Shown: positions 8,476 through 18,150 of the stretch, piece after piece | Layout: every line of letters begins with the position of its first letter | Position numbering within the stretch: the stretch's first letter is position 1 | Assembly: GCA_035254125.1 (NCBI GenBank) | Contig: DATFAX010000082.1 | Location: forward strand, 1-32,000 | Direction of reading: 5' to 3' | DNA: 32,000 bases | Origin: Holophagaceae bacterium | GTDB taxonomy: Bacteria > Acidobacteriota > Holophagae > Holophagales > Holophagaceae | Position numbers and translations under genes: made by a program | Notes under the pieces: generated by a model | Seen by the model: only the letters and a program-made list of their open reading frames with translations | Databases searched by the model: none | What the model was told of the DNA's origin: nothing

Positions 8476-9120
8476 ATGGGCGCAGGAGGGCCCATGGACG
8501 CCACGCCCCAGCCGAAGACGCTCCTTGTCGCGGGGTTCGCCCTGCTGGCCCTCCTGGCCCTGTCGGGTCTCCACCCCCACGACCGCCTGACCTGGCTGCT
8601 GGAGGTCCTCCCCATCCTCATCGCCCTGCCGGTGATGGCCTGGACCTGGCGTCGCTTCCCGCTCACCACGCTGCTCTACGGCCTCATCTTCCTCCACGCG
8701 GTGATCCTCATGGTGGGGGGGGCCTACACCTACGCCCAGGTGCCCTTCGGCTTCTGGATGGCGAAGGTGCTGGGGATGGCGCGCAACCCCTATGACAAGG
8801 TGGGCCATTTCGCCCAGGGATTCGTGCCCGCCCTCCTGGCCCGGGAGGTGCTCCTGCGGAAGGGCCACCTCAGGCGCGGTGCCATGGCGGTCTTCCTCCT
8901 CCTCTGCGTGGTGCTCGCCATCAGTGCCCTCTACGAGCTCATCGAGTGGGTCTCGGCCTTGGCCCTGGGGCAGGGGGCCGAGGCGTTCCTGGGCACCCAG
9001 GGAGATCCCTGGGACACCCAGTCCGACATGGCCATGGCGCTGGTGGGTGGGATCCTGGCGCTGCTGCTGCTCTCGAGGTTCCACGATCGCCTATTGGCGA
9101 AGCTGGAACCGATCCCCTAG
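8476..9120 (+). CDS. DUF2238 / YjdF-family inner membrane protein
   Basis: The 214-aa multi-TM ORF has blocks NPYDKVGHFAQGFVPA and ELIEW...GTQGDPWDTQSDM that I recognise as the YjdF/DUF2238 family. The start could be 8476 or the ATG at 8494. Confidence 0.75.
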   Translation: MGAGGPMDATPQPKTLLVAGFALLALLALSGLHPHDRLTWLLEVLPILIALPVMAWTWRRFPLTTLLYGLIFLHAVILMVGGAYTYAQVPFGFWMAKVLGMARNPYDKVGHFAQGFVPALLAREVLLRKGHLRRGAMAVFLLLCVVLAISALYELIEWVSALALGQGAEAFLGTQGDPWDTQSDMAMALVGGILALLLLSRFHDRLLAKLEPIP

Positions 9121-9875
9121 AACCGCAGCGACATGCAGGTGAGCCCGCCGTCCATCTTGCGGCCCTCGCTCATGTCCAGGTCCACGATGGGAAGGCCGAG
9201 CCCCTCGAGGAGGGCCCGGGTCCTGGGGAAGCCCTTCGGGGTGATGAGGGTGCCATTCACCAGCAGGGTGTTGCAGGCGTAGGTCTCATCTTCTTCGACG
9301 ACATGGCAAGTGAACCCCTGGAACTCCGGTCGGCCTGCGAAGGCCGTGCTCACGAGGAGGTCGTGGCCACCCACGTGGGTGACGCTGCTCTTGAAGTGGA
9401 GGCCCTCGGCCACGGGCACGGTGCGGGCGGTGTACCCGTGGGCGCCCAGGATCTCCGCCAGTTGGCGGGCCCCTTCCGCGTTGGTGCGGTCGGAGAGGCC
9501 GATGAACACGGTGCGGTCCACGATGAGGATGTCGCCGCCGTCCAGGGTGCCGGGCTCGGTGATGCGGACGAGCTCCCGGTGCCGGGTCAGGGCCGCCTCG
9601 ATGTGGGGGGCCTCGCCGCGTCGGGCCAGCGCGCCCGGGCGGGTGATGACGGCCACCTCGGGCACCACCACGGCCACGTCCTCCACGAAATAGGCGTCGG
9701 GGAAGCCGGGGAGGGGCGGCAGGACCTCGGTGGCCAGGCCCAGGGCCTCCAGCGCCTGCCGGTAGGCGGCATGCTGGGCGAGCATGAGGTCGTAGGCGGG
9801 CCGGCCCAGACCGGCGGTGGTGATGCCGTCGGCGAAATCGGGGCCGGGGGTGCGGAGGATGGCGTGGGTGAACAT
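9117..9875 (-). CDS. dimethylarginine dimethylaminohydrolase-family (amidinotransferase fold) protein
   Basis: The 252-aa ORF shows DGGDILIV..FIGLS.RTN, HFKS and a C-terminal DGGLTCMSLRF with the catalytic Cys, typical of DDAH / arginine deiminase-like enzymes. Confidence 0.8.
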   Translation of the reverse strand: MFTHAILRTPGPDFADGITTAGLGRPAYDLMLAQHAAYRQALEALGLATEVLPPLPGFPDAYFVEDVAVVVPEVAVITRPGALARRGEAPHIEAALTRHRELVRITEPGTLDGGDILIVDRTVFIGLSDRTNAEGARQLAEILGAHGYTARTVPVAEGLHFKSSVTHVGGHDLLVSTAFAGRPEFQGFTCHVVEEDETYACNTLLVNGTLITPKGFPRTRALLEGLGLPIVDLDMSEGRKMDGGLTCMSLRF

Positions 9876-9996
9876 GGGCCCAGTGTGCCCAAGATCGCCT
9901 TCCCCGGGGCCAGAATGGGAATCGGGTGTCGGAACCTGTAAGACCCCCCACCTGTCTCCGTCTCCCTTCCTGAGGACTGATCCTCAAGGAGCCCCC

Positions 9997-10203
9997 ATGA
10001 ACACCCTGCAGCTCTCCATCCCCGACATCTCTTGTGGCCATTGCGTCATGACGGTGAAGGCGGCCTTGAAGGACTTCGGCACCTGCGACGTGGACCTGGC
10101 CACCAAGCGGGCCGCCGTGGCCCTAAACGACCCCGCCAGCCTGCCCGAGGCCCTGCGCCGGCTGGAAGACGAAGGCTTCCCGGCCACCGTCATCGGCGGC
10201 TGA
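9997..10203 (+). CDS. copZ: heavy-metal-associated (HMA) domain copper chaperone
   Basis: The ATG at 9997 has AAGGAG 6 nt upstream. The 68-aa product has a CGHC metal-binding motif and sits immediately upstream of the P-type ATPase. Confidence 0.8.
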   Translation: MNTLQLSIPDISCGHCVMTVKAALKDFGTCDVDLATKRAAVALNDPASLPEALRRLEDEGFPATVIGG

Positions 10204-10204
10204 C

Positions 10205-12295
10205 ATGGCCGACATCCAGAGCTTTGCCGTACGGGGCATGACGTGCGCGTCCTGTGTCCGGCGGGTGGAGAAGGCGTTGGCCGCGGTGCCCGGGGTCGAG
10301 GCCGTGAAGGTGGACCTGGCCGCCGAGCGCGCCACGGTCACTTTCGATGGCGTCACACCCCCCACCCTGGCCGAGGCCCTGAAGGCCAAGGGCTATGAGC
10401 TGGTGCTGGCCCCCTCCGCTTCGGAGGAGGCCGCCGCAGCCCGCGCCGCCCGCTGGCGCGTGGGCCTGGCCTGGGCTTTCGCCCTGCCGCTGCTCGGGCC
10501 CATGGTGGGTCTCCCCCTCCACCTGGATCCCTGGCTCCAGGGGGCCCTGGCGGCCGGCGCCGCCTTCGGCTGCGGCGCGGGTTTCCTCCTCCGCGCCGCG
10601 AAGCTGGCCGTGAAGGGCGAGACGAGCATGGACACCCTCGTGGCCCTGGGCACGCTGGCCGCCTTCGGTTCCGGCATCGCGGAGTCCATGGCCGGCGCCC
10701 ATCACACGTCCTTCGAGATCGCCGCGAGCTTGCCGGCCTTCCTGCTCACGGGCAAGTGGCTGGAGGCCCGGGCCAAGCACCGCGCCACCGAGGGGCTGGG
10801 CGCCCTGCTGGAACTCGCTCCCGCCACAGCCCTGCGGCTCACGGGCGGGCAGGAGACGGACGTCCCCGTGGCCGACCTCCGTCCCGGCGACCTCGTCCGG
10901 GTCCGGCCCGGGGGCAAGATCCCCGTGGATGGCCGTGTGCTCGCCGGCCGGGCCGAGGTGGAGGAGGCGCTGCTCACGGGCGAGCCCCTGCCCGTGCCCA
11001 AGACCGCCGGGGACGATGTCCTCGCGGGCGCCCTCGTCCATGGCGGAAGTTTGGACATCGAAGTGCGCGCTGCGGGCCAGGGCACCTGGCTGGCCCAGCT
11101 GGCCGCCCAGGTGGCCGAGGCCAAGGGCAGCCACGCCCCGGCCCAGGCCCTGGCCGACCGCATCTCCGAGGTCTTCGTGCCCGCCATGCTGGTCGTCGCG
11201 GCGCTCACTTTGGCGGGCTGGTGGCTCCACACGGGCCATCTTTCGGAGGCCTGGCGCCCCGCCGTCACCGTGCTCGTCATCGCCTGCCCCTGCGCCCTGG
11301 GCCTCGCCACCCCCGTGGCGCTGGCCACGGCCCTGGGCACCGCAGCGCGGCAGGGCCTCCTGGTGCGCGACGCCGCGGCCCTGGAGAAGCTGGCCGTGGC
11401 CACGGACCTCGTGCTGGACAAGACGGGCACCCTCACCCTGGGCCACCCGGAATTGAAGGCCGTGCAGGCCCTGGAGTCCGCTTCCGAATCCGACCTCCGC
11501 CGCTGGGCCTCGGCCCTGGAGCGGGACTCCGAACACCCCCTGGCGCGGGCCCTGCGCGGGGCCTGGGATGGCGCTCCCGCCGCCGTGTCGGACTTCGCCG
11601 CCCACCCGGGCGGCGGGGTCAGCGGCACCGTGGAGGGGCGCCACCTCCGCCTGGGCCATGCGGCCTTCCTCGGGGTGACCTTTCCCGAGATCCCGGCGGA
11701 CAGCATCGCCGTGGGCCTGGCGGAAGGTGCATCGCTGCTGGGGATCTTCCTCCTGGCAGATGCCCTGCGCCCCGAAACGCCTGCCGTGCTGGCTGCGCTC
11801 CAGGCGGATGGCTTGAACCTGCACCTCCTCAGCGGCGACCGCCCCGAGGCCGTGGCCCGCTTCGCGAGGACCCTGCCCCTGGATTCCGCCCAGGGGGGGG
11901 CGAAGCCTGCGGACAAAGCCGCCCGCATTCAGGCGCTCCAAGCGGAGCACCGGGTCGTCGCCTTCGCCGGGGACGGCGTGAACGACGCCGCCGCCCTGGC
12001 CACGGCTGATGCCGGCCTCAGCCTGCCCGGCCTGGAGGCCGCCGCCGCCAGCGCGCCCCTGAACCTCCGGCGGGAGGGCTTGAGCCCCCTGCTGGAGGCC
12101 CGGCGCCTGGCCGTGAAGCTGCACCACGTCATCCGCCAGAACCTCCTCTGGGCCTTCGGCTACAACGTGGTCCTCGTGCCGCTGGCCGCCTTCGGCCTCC
12201 TGGAGCGCCTCGGCGGCCCCATGCTCGCCGGTGCCGCCATGGGGCTCAGCTCGCTGACCGTGGTGCTCAACGCGCTGAGGTTGCGGAAGGTCTGA
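10205..12295 (+). CDS. copA: copper-translocating P1B-type ATPase
   Basis: N-terminal HMA domain GMTCASC, CPC in the TM helix, DKTGTLT phosphorylation site, SEHPLA and [10 protein letters not shown]. Confidence 0.9.
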   Translation: MADIQSFAVRGMTCASCVRRVEKALAAVPGVEAVKVDLAAERATVTFDGVTPPTLAEALKAKGYELVLAPSASEEAAAARAARWRVGLAWAFALPLLGPMVGLPLHLDPWLQGALAAGAAFGCGAGFLLRAAKLAVKGETSMDTLVALGTLAAFGSGIAESMAGAHHTSFEIAASLPAFLLTGKWLEARAKHRATEGLGALLELAPATALRLTGGQETDVPVADLRPGDLVRVRPGGKIPVDGRVLAGRAEVEEALLTGEPLPVPKTAGDDVLAGALVHGGSLDIEVRAAGQGTWLAQLAAQVAEAKGSHAPAQALADRISEVFVPAMLVVAALTLAGWWLHTGHLSEAWRPAVTVLVIACPCALGLATPVALATALGTAARQGLLVRDAAALEKLAVATDLVLDKTGTLTLGHPELKAVQALESASESDLRRWASALERDSEHPLARALRGAWDGAPAAVSDFAAHPGGGVSGTVEGRHLRLGHAAFLGVTFPEIPADSIAVGLAEGASLLGIFLLADALRPETPAVLAALQADGLNLHLLSGDRPEAVARFARTLPLDSAQGGAKPADKAARIQALQAEHRVVAFAGDGVNDAAALATADAGLSLPGLEAAAASAPLNLRREGLSPLLEARRLAVKLHHVIRQNLLWAFGYNVVLVPLAAFGLLERLGGPMLAGAAMGLSSLTVVLNALRLRKV

Positions 12296-12308
12296 GGTTT
12301 TCTAGAAC

Positions 12309-12398
12309 GCGAAGAGCGCGAAGAAAATCGCCAGGAGCGCGAAGAAATAGCAGAAGAAGGGCATTGGCGCTCTTCGCGTTTTTCTTCGCGCTCTTCGC
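12309..12398. repeat. hairpin element B: inverted arms of tandem CGCGAAGA-type units
   Basis: 12309-12327 (gcgaagagcgcgaagaaaa) is the perfect reverse complement of 12380-12398. An inner 8-bp stem pairs 12338-12345 with 12371-12378. The element lies between the convergent copA and decarboxylase stops. Confidence 0.75.
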
Positions 12399-12404
12399 CT
12401 TCCA

Positions 12405-13793
12405 TCAATGAACCGAGACGATCCCCCGGATCGCCGCCACGCTGCGGTCGATGTCGTCCTCGGTCGTGTCCTGGCCGCTGATGGAGACGCGCATGACGGC
12501 CAGCCCGTGCCAGGTGCTGCCGGAAAGCCAGCAGGTGCCTTCGGCCTGCACCCCTTCGACCACGCGGCGGGTGAAGGCGTCGGCATCTCCGCCGTCGGGC
12601 GGGGTAAAGCGCACGAGCACCTGGTTGAGGACCACCTCATTGAGCACCTCGGCTCCCGGGATCCCAGCGAGGCCTTCGGCGGCCCGGCGGGCGAGGCGGC
12701 AGCTGCCCGCCACGAGGTCGGCCACGCCGCGGCGGCCCAGGGCCCGCAATTGGGCGTAGATGGGGAAGCCCCGGGCTCGGCGGGAGAACTCGGGCACCCA
12801 GTCCACGGCGTCCCGGGCGGCCTCGCCCTCCTGCTGGATGAGGTAGGCGGCGCTGACCGTCATGGCGGCGCGGTGGTGGGCGGGGGCCTTCACGAAGGCG
12901 AGGCCCGAGTCGTAGGGCACGTTGAGCCACTTGTGGGCGTCCGTGGCCCAGGAGTCGGCGCGCTCCACACCCTTCAGCGCGCCGCGCATCCCCGGCACGG
13001 CCGCGGCCCAGAGGCCGAAGGCGCCATCCACGTGGAGCCAGGCGTCGTGCGCGGCGCAGAGGTCGGCGATGGCCTCCATGGGGTCCATGGCCCCGGTGTT
13101 CACGTTGCCCACCTGGGCGCAGACGAGGGTGGGGCCCTGGAGGCCCGCCAGCACCTTGGCCAGTTCGGCGGGGAGCATGCGGCCCTGGCCGTCCACGGGC
13201 ACCCGGAGCACGCGACCCGCGCCGAGGCCCAGGAAGCGCAGGGCCCGGGGCACCGTCACGTGCACCTCGTCGCCCACCACCACGTGGAGCCGGGGGGAGC
13301 CCTGGAGGCCATCCTGCTCCACGTCCCAGCCCATCCGCTGCAGGAGGGCATGGCGCGCGGCGGCCAGGCAGGTCACGTGGGCCATCTGGCAGCCGGTGAC
13401 GAAGCCCACGCTGCTGTCGGCGGGCAGGCCCAACAGGTCCACGAGCCAGCGGGTGCAGGTCTCCTCCACCACGGCCAGGGCCGGGGAGGTGGCGTAGAGG
13501 CCGCTGTTCTGGTCCCAGGCCGAGGTCAGCCAATCGGCCCCCAGGGCGGCTTCGGAGCTGCCGCCGATGACGAAGCCGAAATAGCGGGGGCCCGGCTCCG
13601 CCACGAGGCCGGGGGTGGCATCCCGCACCAGCTCCGCGAGAACCTGGGCCGCCGGAAGACCGGTCTCGGGCAGGGGCCGACCCAGGGCCGCCCGCAGTTC
13701 CAGCAGGGTGGCCTGGGCGCCCACGGGTCGGGTGGGCAGGCTCCTGCGGAAGGCCGATGAAGCTTCGTAGGCGAAGCGCAGGGCGTCGGACAT
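12405..13793 (-). CDS. pyridoxal-dependent (group II) amino-acid decarboxylase
   Basis: The 462-aa ORF has a DAHKWL PLP-lysine block and a HVDGAFG block, typical of aromatic-amino-acid / glutamate decarboxylase-like enzymes. Confidence 0.85.
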   Translation of the reverse strand: MSDALRFAYEASSAFRRSLPTRPVGAQATLLELRAALGRPLPETGLPAAQVLAELVRDATPGLVAEPGPRYFGFVIGGSSEAALGADWLTSAWDQNSGLYATSPALAVVEETCTRWLVDLLGLPADSSVGFVTGCQMAHVTCLAAARHALLQRMGWDVEQDGLQGSPRLHVVVGDEVHVTVPRALRFLGLGAGRVLRVPVDGQGRMLPAELAKVLAGLQGPTLVCAQVGNVNTGAMDPMEAIADLCAAHDAWLHVDGAFGLWAAAVPGMRGALKGVERADSWATDAHKWLNVPYDSGLAFVKAPAHHRAAMTVSAAYLIQQEGEAARDAVDWVPEFSRRARGFPIYAQLRALGRRGVADLVAGSCRLARRAAEGLAGIPGAEVLNEVVLNQVLVRFTPPDGGDADAFTRRVVEGVQAEGTCWLSGSTWHGLAVMRVSISGQDTTEDDIDRSVAAIRGIVSVH

Positions 13794-13929
13794 GGGCCCT
13801 CCTGATCCCGGGGTGGGGCGCCATCATGCCATGGACCCGCGGAATCGGCGGCCGGTGCGTGGACTTTGCCCTGCGGCACACCCCCCCGGGCCCCTCCGGC
13901 CTCACACTGGGTCAACCCCGGAGCGACCC

Positions 13930-14553
13930 ATGGCCCTCGTGCTGTCCCATCCCCTGGTGGATCACAAACTCTCCATCCTGCGGGACTACCGCACGCCGCG
14001 GCCCCTGTTCCGCGACCTGCTGGATGAGCTGGGTCTCATCCTCGCGGTGGAGGCCACGCGGGACCTTGTCACGGTGCCCTTCGCCATCGAGACCCCCCTG
14101 GAGAGCATGGAGGGGCGGCGGCTCGACCCGCTGGATCCGGTGCTGGTGCCCGTGCTGCGGGCGGGTCTGGGGCTTGTGCCGAGCTTCCTCCGCATGTTGC
14201 CCGCGGCGAAGGTGGGCCACCTGGGCATGGCCCGGGACCACGAAACCCTGCGCCCTGTGCCCTACTACAAGAACTTCCCCCCGGAGCTGCACAAGCGTCC
14301 CATCTTCGTGCTCGATCCGATGCTCGCCACGGGCGGCAGCGCCTGCGAGGCCCTGGCGGAGGTGAAGGCCGCCGGTGGCAACCGCATCACCCTCGTGTGC
14401 CTGCTGGCGTCGCCGGAGGGCGTGGCGAAAGTGGAGGGAACCCATCCCAACGTGAAGGTGGTGGTGGGAGCTGTGGACCGCCAGCTCAATGCCAAGGGCT
14501 ACATCCTGCCGGGCCTGGGGGACGCGGGCGACCGCCTCTTCGGCACCGTCTGA
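13930..14553 (+). CDS. upp: uracil phosphoribosyltransferase
   Basis: An internal ATG at 13930 gives MALVLSHPLVDHKLSILRD..., the Upp N-terminus. The PRPP loop VLDPMLATGGSA and C-terminal YI.PGLGDAGDRLFGT are present. Confidence 0.9.
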   Translation: MALVLSHPLVDHKLSILRDYRTPRPLFRDLLDELGLILAVEATRDLVTVPFAIETPLESMEGRRLDPLDPVLVPVLRAGLGLVPSFLRMLPAAKVGHLGMARDHETLRPVPYYKNFPPELHKRPIFVLDPMLATGGSACEALAEVKAAGGNRITLVCLLASPEGVAKVEGTHPNVKVVVGAVDRQLNAKGYILPGLGDAGDRLFGTV

Positions 14554-14686
14554 AGGCGCCGCCCTTCCTTGTCCGAAGTCACAAGTGCATTCCCCTGAAA
14601 CCCGCGTGATGGCGCACGGGAAACGGGAAGGGTAGGCTACCCCCAGGTCACGGGCCGAAGCCGCCCCGGACCCCGGAGGTTCCCCG

Positions 14687-15454
14687 ATGCGCCGCACCGT
14701 CCTTGCCCTTCCCCTCGCGCTTGCCGCCCTCGCCGCCGTCACCGGGTGCCGTTCCAAGACGCCCAGCGTCGGCGCCGCCCCGGAAGAGACCAAGGCCGCA
14801 CCCATGGGCATGGGGGCTTCCGCCCCTGCGGGCAACACCCTCACCGGCAAGGTGCTGGAGAAGGTCGATGCCGAGCCCTACACCTACCTCAAGCTCCAGA
14901 CCGCCCAGGGCGAGAAGTGGGCGGCCGTGCCCACCACGGATCTGAAGGTGGGCGCCGAGGCCACGGTGCTCTCCCAGATCGAGATGAAGAACTTCGAGTC
15001 CAAGACCCTCAAGCGCACGTTCCCCCAGGTCTACTTCGGCAACCTCGCGGGTGCCGGGGCTCCCGAGGGCTCGGCGCCCGCCGCCGGGGCCAATCCCCAC
15101 GGCATGCCCGCCGTGGCCGAGGCCGGAGCCGTGAAAGTGGAGAAGGCGCAGGGGCCCGATGCCCGCACCGTGGAGGAGGTCTTCGCCCAGCGCGCCGCGA
15201 TGAAGGACAAGACCGTGGTCGTGCGGGGCAAGGTGGTGAAGTTCCTCCCGGACATCCTCAAGAAGAACTGGGCCCACCTGCAGGATGGCACCGGCGATCC
15301 CAAGGCCAAGACCCACGACCTCACGGTGACCCTGGCCGAGACCGTGAAGGCCGGCGACGTCATCACCGTGCGGGGCACCCTCCGCTTGAACAAGGACTTC
15401 GGCGCGGGCTACACCTACGAGGTCATCGTCGAGGACGCCAAGGTCCAGAAGTAG
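14687..15454 (+). CDS. lipoprotein, hypothetical (two similar OB-like halves)
   Basis: A GGAGG RBS precedes the start. There is a signal peptide plus lipobox (LAAVTG|C). Two halves each begin with GKV(L/V) and have Ala/Met/Gly-rich linkers. Confidence 0.65.
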   Translation: MRRTVLALPLALAALAAVTGCRSKTPSVGAAPEETKAAPMGMGASAPAGNTLTGKVLEKVDAEPYTYLKLQTAQGEKWAAVPTTDLKVGAEATVLSQIEMKNFESKTLKRTFPQVYFGNLAGAGAPEGSAPAAGANPHGMPAVAEAGAVKVEKAQGPDARTVEEVFAQRAAMKDKTVVVRGKVVKFLPDILKKNWAHLQDGTGDPKAKTHDLTVTLAETVKAGDVITVRGTLRLNKDFGAGYTYEVIVEDAKVQK

Positions 15455-15525
15455 CCGCAGTCGAGCCAAGGGACCGCGGGAGTCCGCCCCGGGAGCGGGC
15501 ACCCGTGGCCCCAGTGCTGGAGGGC

Positions 15526-16257
15526 TCAGGCGGGCTTGCGCACCACCGCGTTGACGAGCGTCTCCTCCCGTTCCTTGGGGACGCCGAAGCCGAACCACTC
15601 CACGGCGCCCAGGTCCCAGCGGCTCCACCAGAGGTAGGGCAGGCTCACGCGATCTTCGCGGACCTCGAAGCCGGTGTCGTGCAGCATCTGCAGGTACTCC
15701 GGGGCGGTGCGCTGCACGTTCATGGGGTGGCGGAAGAGCAGGCGGATCATCCAGCTGTGGATGTAGCGTTTCGTGCTCTCCGCCAGCAGCAGGTGGCCCC
15801 CTGGCTTCAGGACCCGGAACATCTCCTTCAGGGCTGCCTGCTGGCCCACGATGTGGTGCAGGGTTTGATGACAGAGGATGAGGTCCACGGAGGCGTCCGC
15901 CAGGGGCAGGCGCTCCGCGTGGGCCTGGTGCAGGCTCACCGGGACCGGGCAGGCCGCCAGGCACTCGGCGGCCCGCTGCGGGATGTGGGGGTCGGGGTCC
16001 ACCGCGTGGATCAGGGTGGGTTCGAAGCGCGCCGCCAGCTCCAGCAGGGAGTGGCCCTGGCCCGTGCCCAGATCCAAGATCACGCCCCCCTTGGGGAGGT
16101 CCGGAGCCATGCGCTGGAGGTCGTCCATGGCCACGCCCAGCACGTGGATGCGCCAGGTGGTGGTGGAGAGGAACCAGAGCCCGAACTTCGTCTCCGGTAC
16201 GAAGGCGAGCTTGGGCTGGGGCTTGAGGGGCAGGGATGGGTCGGTAGCGACGATCAT
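15526..16257 (-). CDS. class I SAM-dependent methyltransferase
   Basis: It carries the VILDLGTGQG SAM-binding motif I and a LKPGGHLLL motif. I prefer the ATG at 16257; the ORF is open up to 16341. Confidence 0.8.
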   Translation of the reverse strand: MIVATDPSLPLKPQPKLAFVPETKFGLWFLSTTTWRIHVLGVAMDDLQRMAPDLPKGGVILDLGTGQGHSLLELAARFEPTLIHAVDPDPHIPQRAAECLAACPVPVSLHQAHAERLPLADASVDLILCHQTLHHIVGQQAALKEMFRVLKPGGHLLLAESTKRYIHSWMIRLLFRHPMNVQRTAPEYLQMLHDTGFEVREDRVSLPYLWWSRWDLGAVEWFGFGVPKEREETLVNAVVRKPA

Positions 16258-16381
16258 GCGGGGCCTGGGTAGCGAGCGGAAGGGTGCGGAGGATTCGACC
16301 CCTCTGATCCTAAAGGGCAGAGCGGCCCTGCGGTCGGGCAAATGCGGTGCGATCCCCCCCCCAGGCGGAGCCTGGCTCCCG

Positions 16382-16585
16382 TCAGTGCCGAAGGAAATAG
16401 GGAATCACCATCAGGATCAGGCCCACCAGCACCGTGAGCACGACTCCGCTCACGAGGTAGGGGAAGACCATGAGGCCGATGCCGCAGGCCAGGGGCACCA
16501 CCTTCCGTTCCTTCTTTCCGTAGAGGAAGAAGCCGGCGCCGATGGTGCCGAAGAGAAATCCCCAGAGCAGGGTGGCGGAGTCCAT
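16382..16585 (-). CDS. small membrane protein (67 aa), hypothetical
   Basis: A GGAGGT RBS lies 8 nt upstream. The product has two predicted TM helices and good G/C third positions. Confidence 0.55.
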   Translation of the reverse strand: MDSATLLWGFLFGTIGAGFFLYGKKERKVVPLACGIGLMVFPYLVSGVVLTVLVGLILMVIPYFLRH

Positions 16586-16603
16586 GGTGCGGGTACCTCC
16601 GGT

Positions 16604-16999
16604 TCAGGCTTGCGGTTCGCGGGTGCGCAGGTAGGCCATCAGGAACAGGGTGCCGAGGGCCAGGTCGATGAGCCCGAACCCGAGGATCGCGACAGGGGCG
16701 CGGCCCCGGAAGAAGAGCACCAGGGCGGGCAGGCCGAAGGAAAGTTTCTCCAGGATGCTGACGGGCATCAGGGCCCGAAAGCGGAACGGATCCTTGGCCA
16801 TGAGCAGGAAGACCACCTGCCAGGCCAGGGCCACGCCGATGAACCCGTAGAAATACTCCGGATGGGTGATGGCAGGTGGGAAGTCCCGGCCCACCCGGGC
16901 CTCCAGGAAGTAATTCGGGAGGAGGGCGAGGATGCCGTAGATGGCGGCCCCGAAGTAGACGCGTTTCGCGAAGGTGAGGCTGGAGGCCATGGCGGTCAT
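16604..16999 (-). CDS. membrane protein (about 132 aa), hypothetical
   Basis: I chose the ATG at 16999 (alternative 16990). The upstream part of the 228-aa track ORF runs through the structured RNA element and is rejected. The product has four hydrophobic segments. Confidence 0.6.
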   Translation of the reverse strand: MTAMASSLTFAKRVYFGAAIYGILALLPNYFLEARVGRDFPPAITHPEYFYGFIGVALAWQVVFLLMAKDPFRFRALMPVSILEKLSFGLPALVLFFRGRAPVAILGFGLIDLALGTLFLMAYLRTREPQA

Positions 17000-17077
17000 G
17001 AGGGTCCTGGAAGCACGGGGTGCCTGAACACTCTCTCCCAGGGGCGGCCGATCTCCAATGCTTTCCATCCCACCTGC

Positions 17078-17098
17078 AAACGCCCGCTTTCGCGGGCG
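17078..17098 (-). terminator. terminator-like hairpin after element copy 2
   Basis: Minus-strand sequence is CGCCCGC-GAAA-GCGGGCG followed by TTT. It has a GNRA loop and only a short U tract. Confidence 0.4.
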
Positions 17099-17104
17099 CA
17101 TGGG

Positions 17105-17275
17105 TGGCGGAGAGAGAGGGATTCCCTCCAGGGCCACCCCTTCGGGGCGTCCCTTCCGGCCGGCTGGCCGCTGCCCACGGCGGTTCGTCCGAAGACGAAC
17201 CGGCTCGGCCGCTCGCGCGGCCTCACCTCCGCCTACCTGGGCGCGGCTCCGCATTCGAATCCCTCTCTCTCCGCC
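17105..17275 (-). ncRNA. candidate structured RNA, tRNA-Ser-linked element copy 2 (unclassified)
   Basis: 171 nt on the same strand as tRNA-Ser(CGA). It is close to copy 1, with differences confined to compensatory or wobble-compatible positions. The terminal helix GGCGGAGAGAGAGGGAT/ATCCCTCTCTCTCCGCC is perfect. Confidence 0.55.
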
Positions 17276-17280
17276 TATGA

Positions 17281-17306
17281 GAACGCCCACCTTGCGGCGG
17301 GCGTTC
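17281..17306 (-). other. hairpin between tRNA-Ser(CGA) and element copy 2 (homologous to the 8182-8203 terminator stem)
   Basis: Minus-strand sequence is GAACGCCCGCC-GCAA-GGTGGGCGTTC, with the same stem and loop as at the other tRNA-Ser locus but no U tract. Confidence 0.5.
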
Positions 17307-17307
17307 C

Positions 17308-17397
<90 letters not shown>

Positions 17398-17457
17398 GAA
17401 GCGTCCAGTCTATCAAGAATCGGGCGGTTTGACGCCTGCGGAGCGGGGCGGGGCGGG

Positions 17458-18042
<585 letters not shown>

Positions 18043-18102
18043 TCATGTCCTACCCTTCGGTAGACTCTCTCTGGTCCCCCCAAGGACCGCCCATTTGATC
18101 CG

Positions 18103-18133
18103 CCCCGCACGGCCAGGCCGTCGCGGGGTTTTT
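18103..18133 (+). promoter_or_regulatory. terminator-like hairpin plus T5 in the carA leader (possible attenuator)
   Basis: CCCCGCACGGCC-A-GGCCGTCGCGGGG followed by TTTTT ends 17 nt before the carA ATG. No gene ends upstream on this strand. Confidence 0.35.
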
Positions 18134-18150
18134 GCCAGGGGGAAGCAACG

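Noticed and set aside
9876-9996. A CueR/CsoR-type operator in the divergent DDAH/copZ promoter region.
   Set aside because: No convincing palindrome or long-spacer MerR-type promoter was visible, and no metalloregulator gene is in the window.
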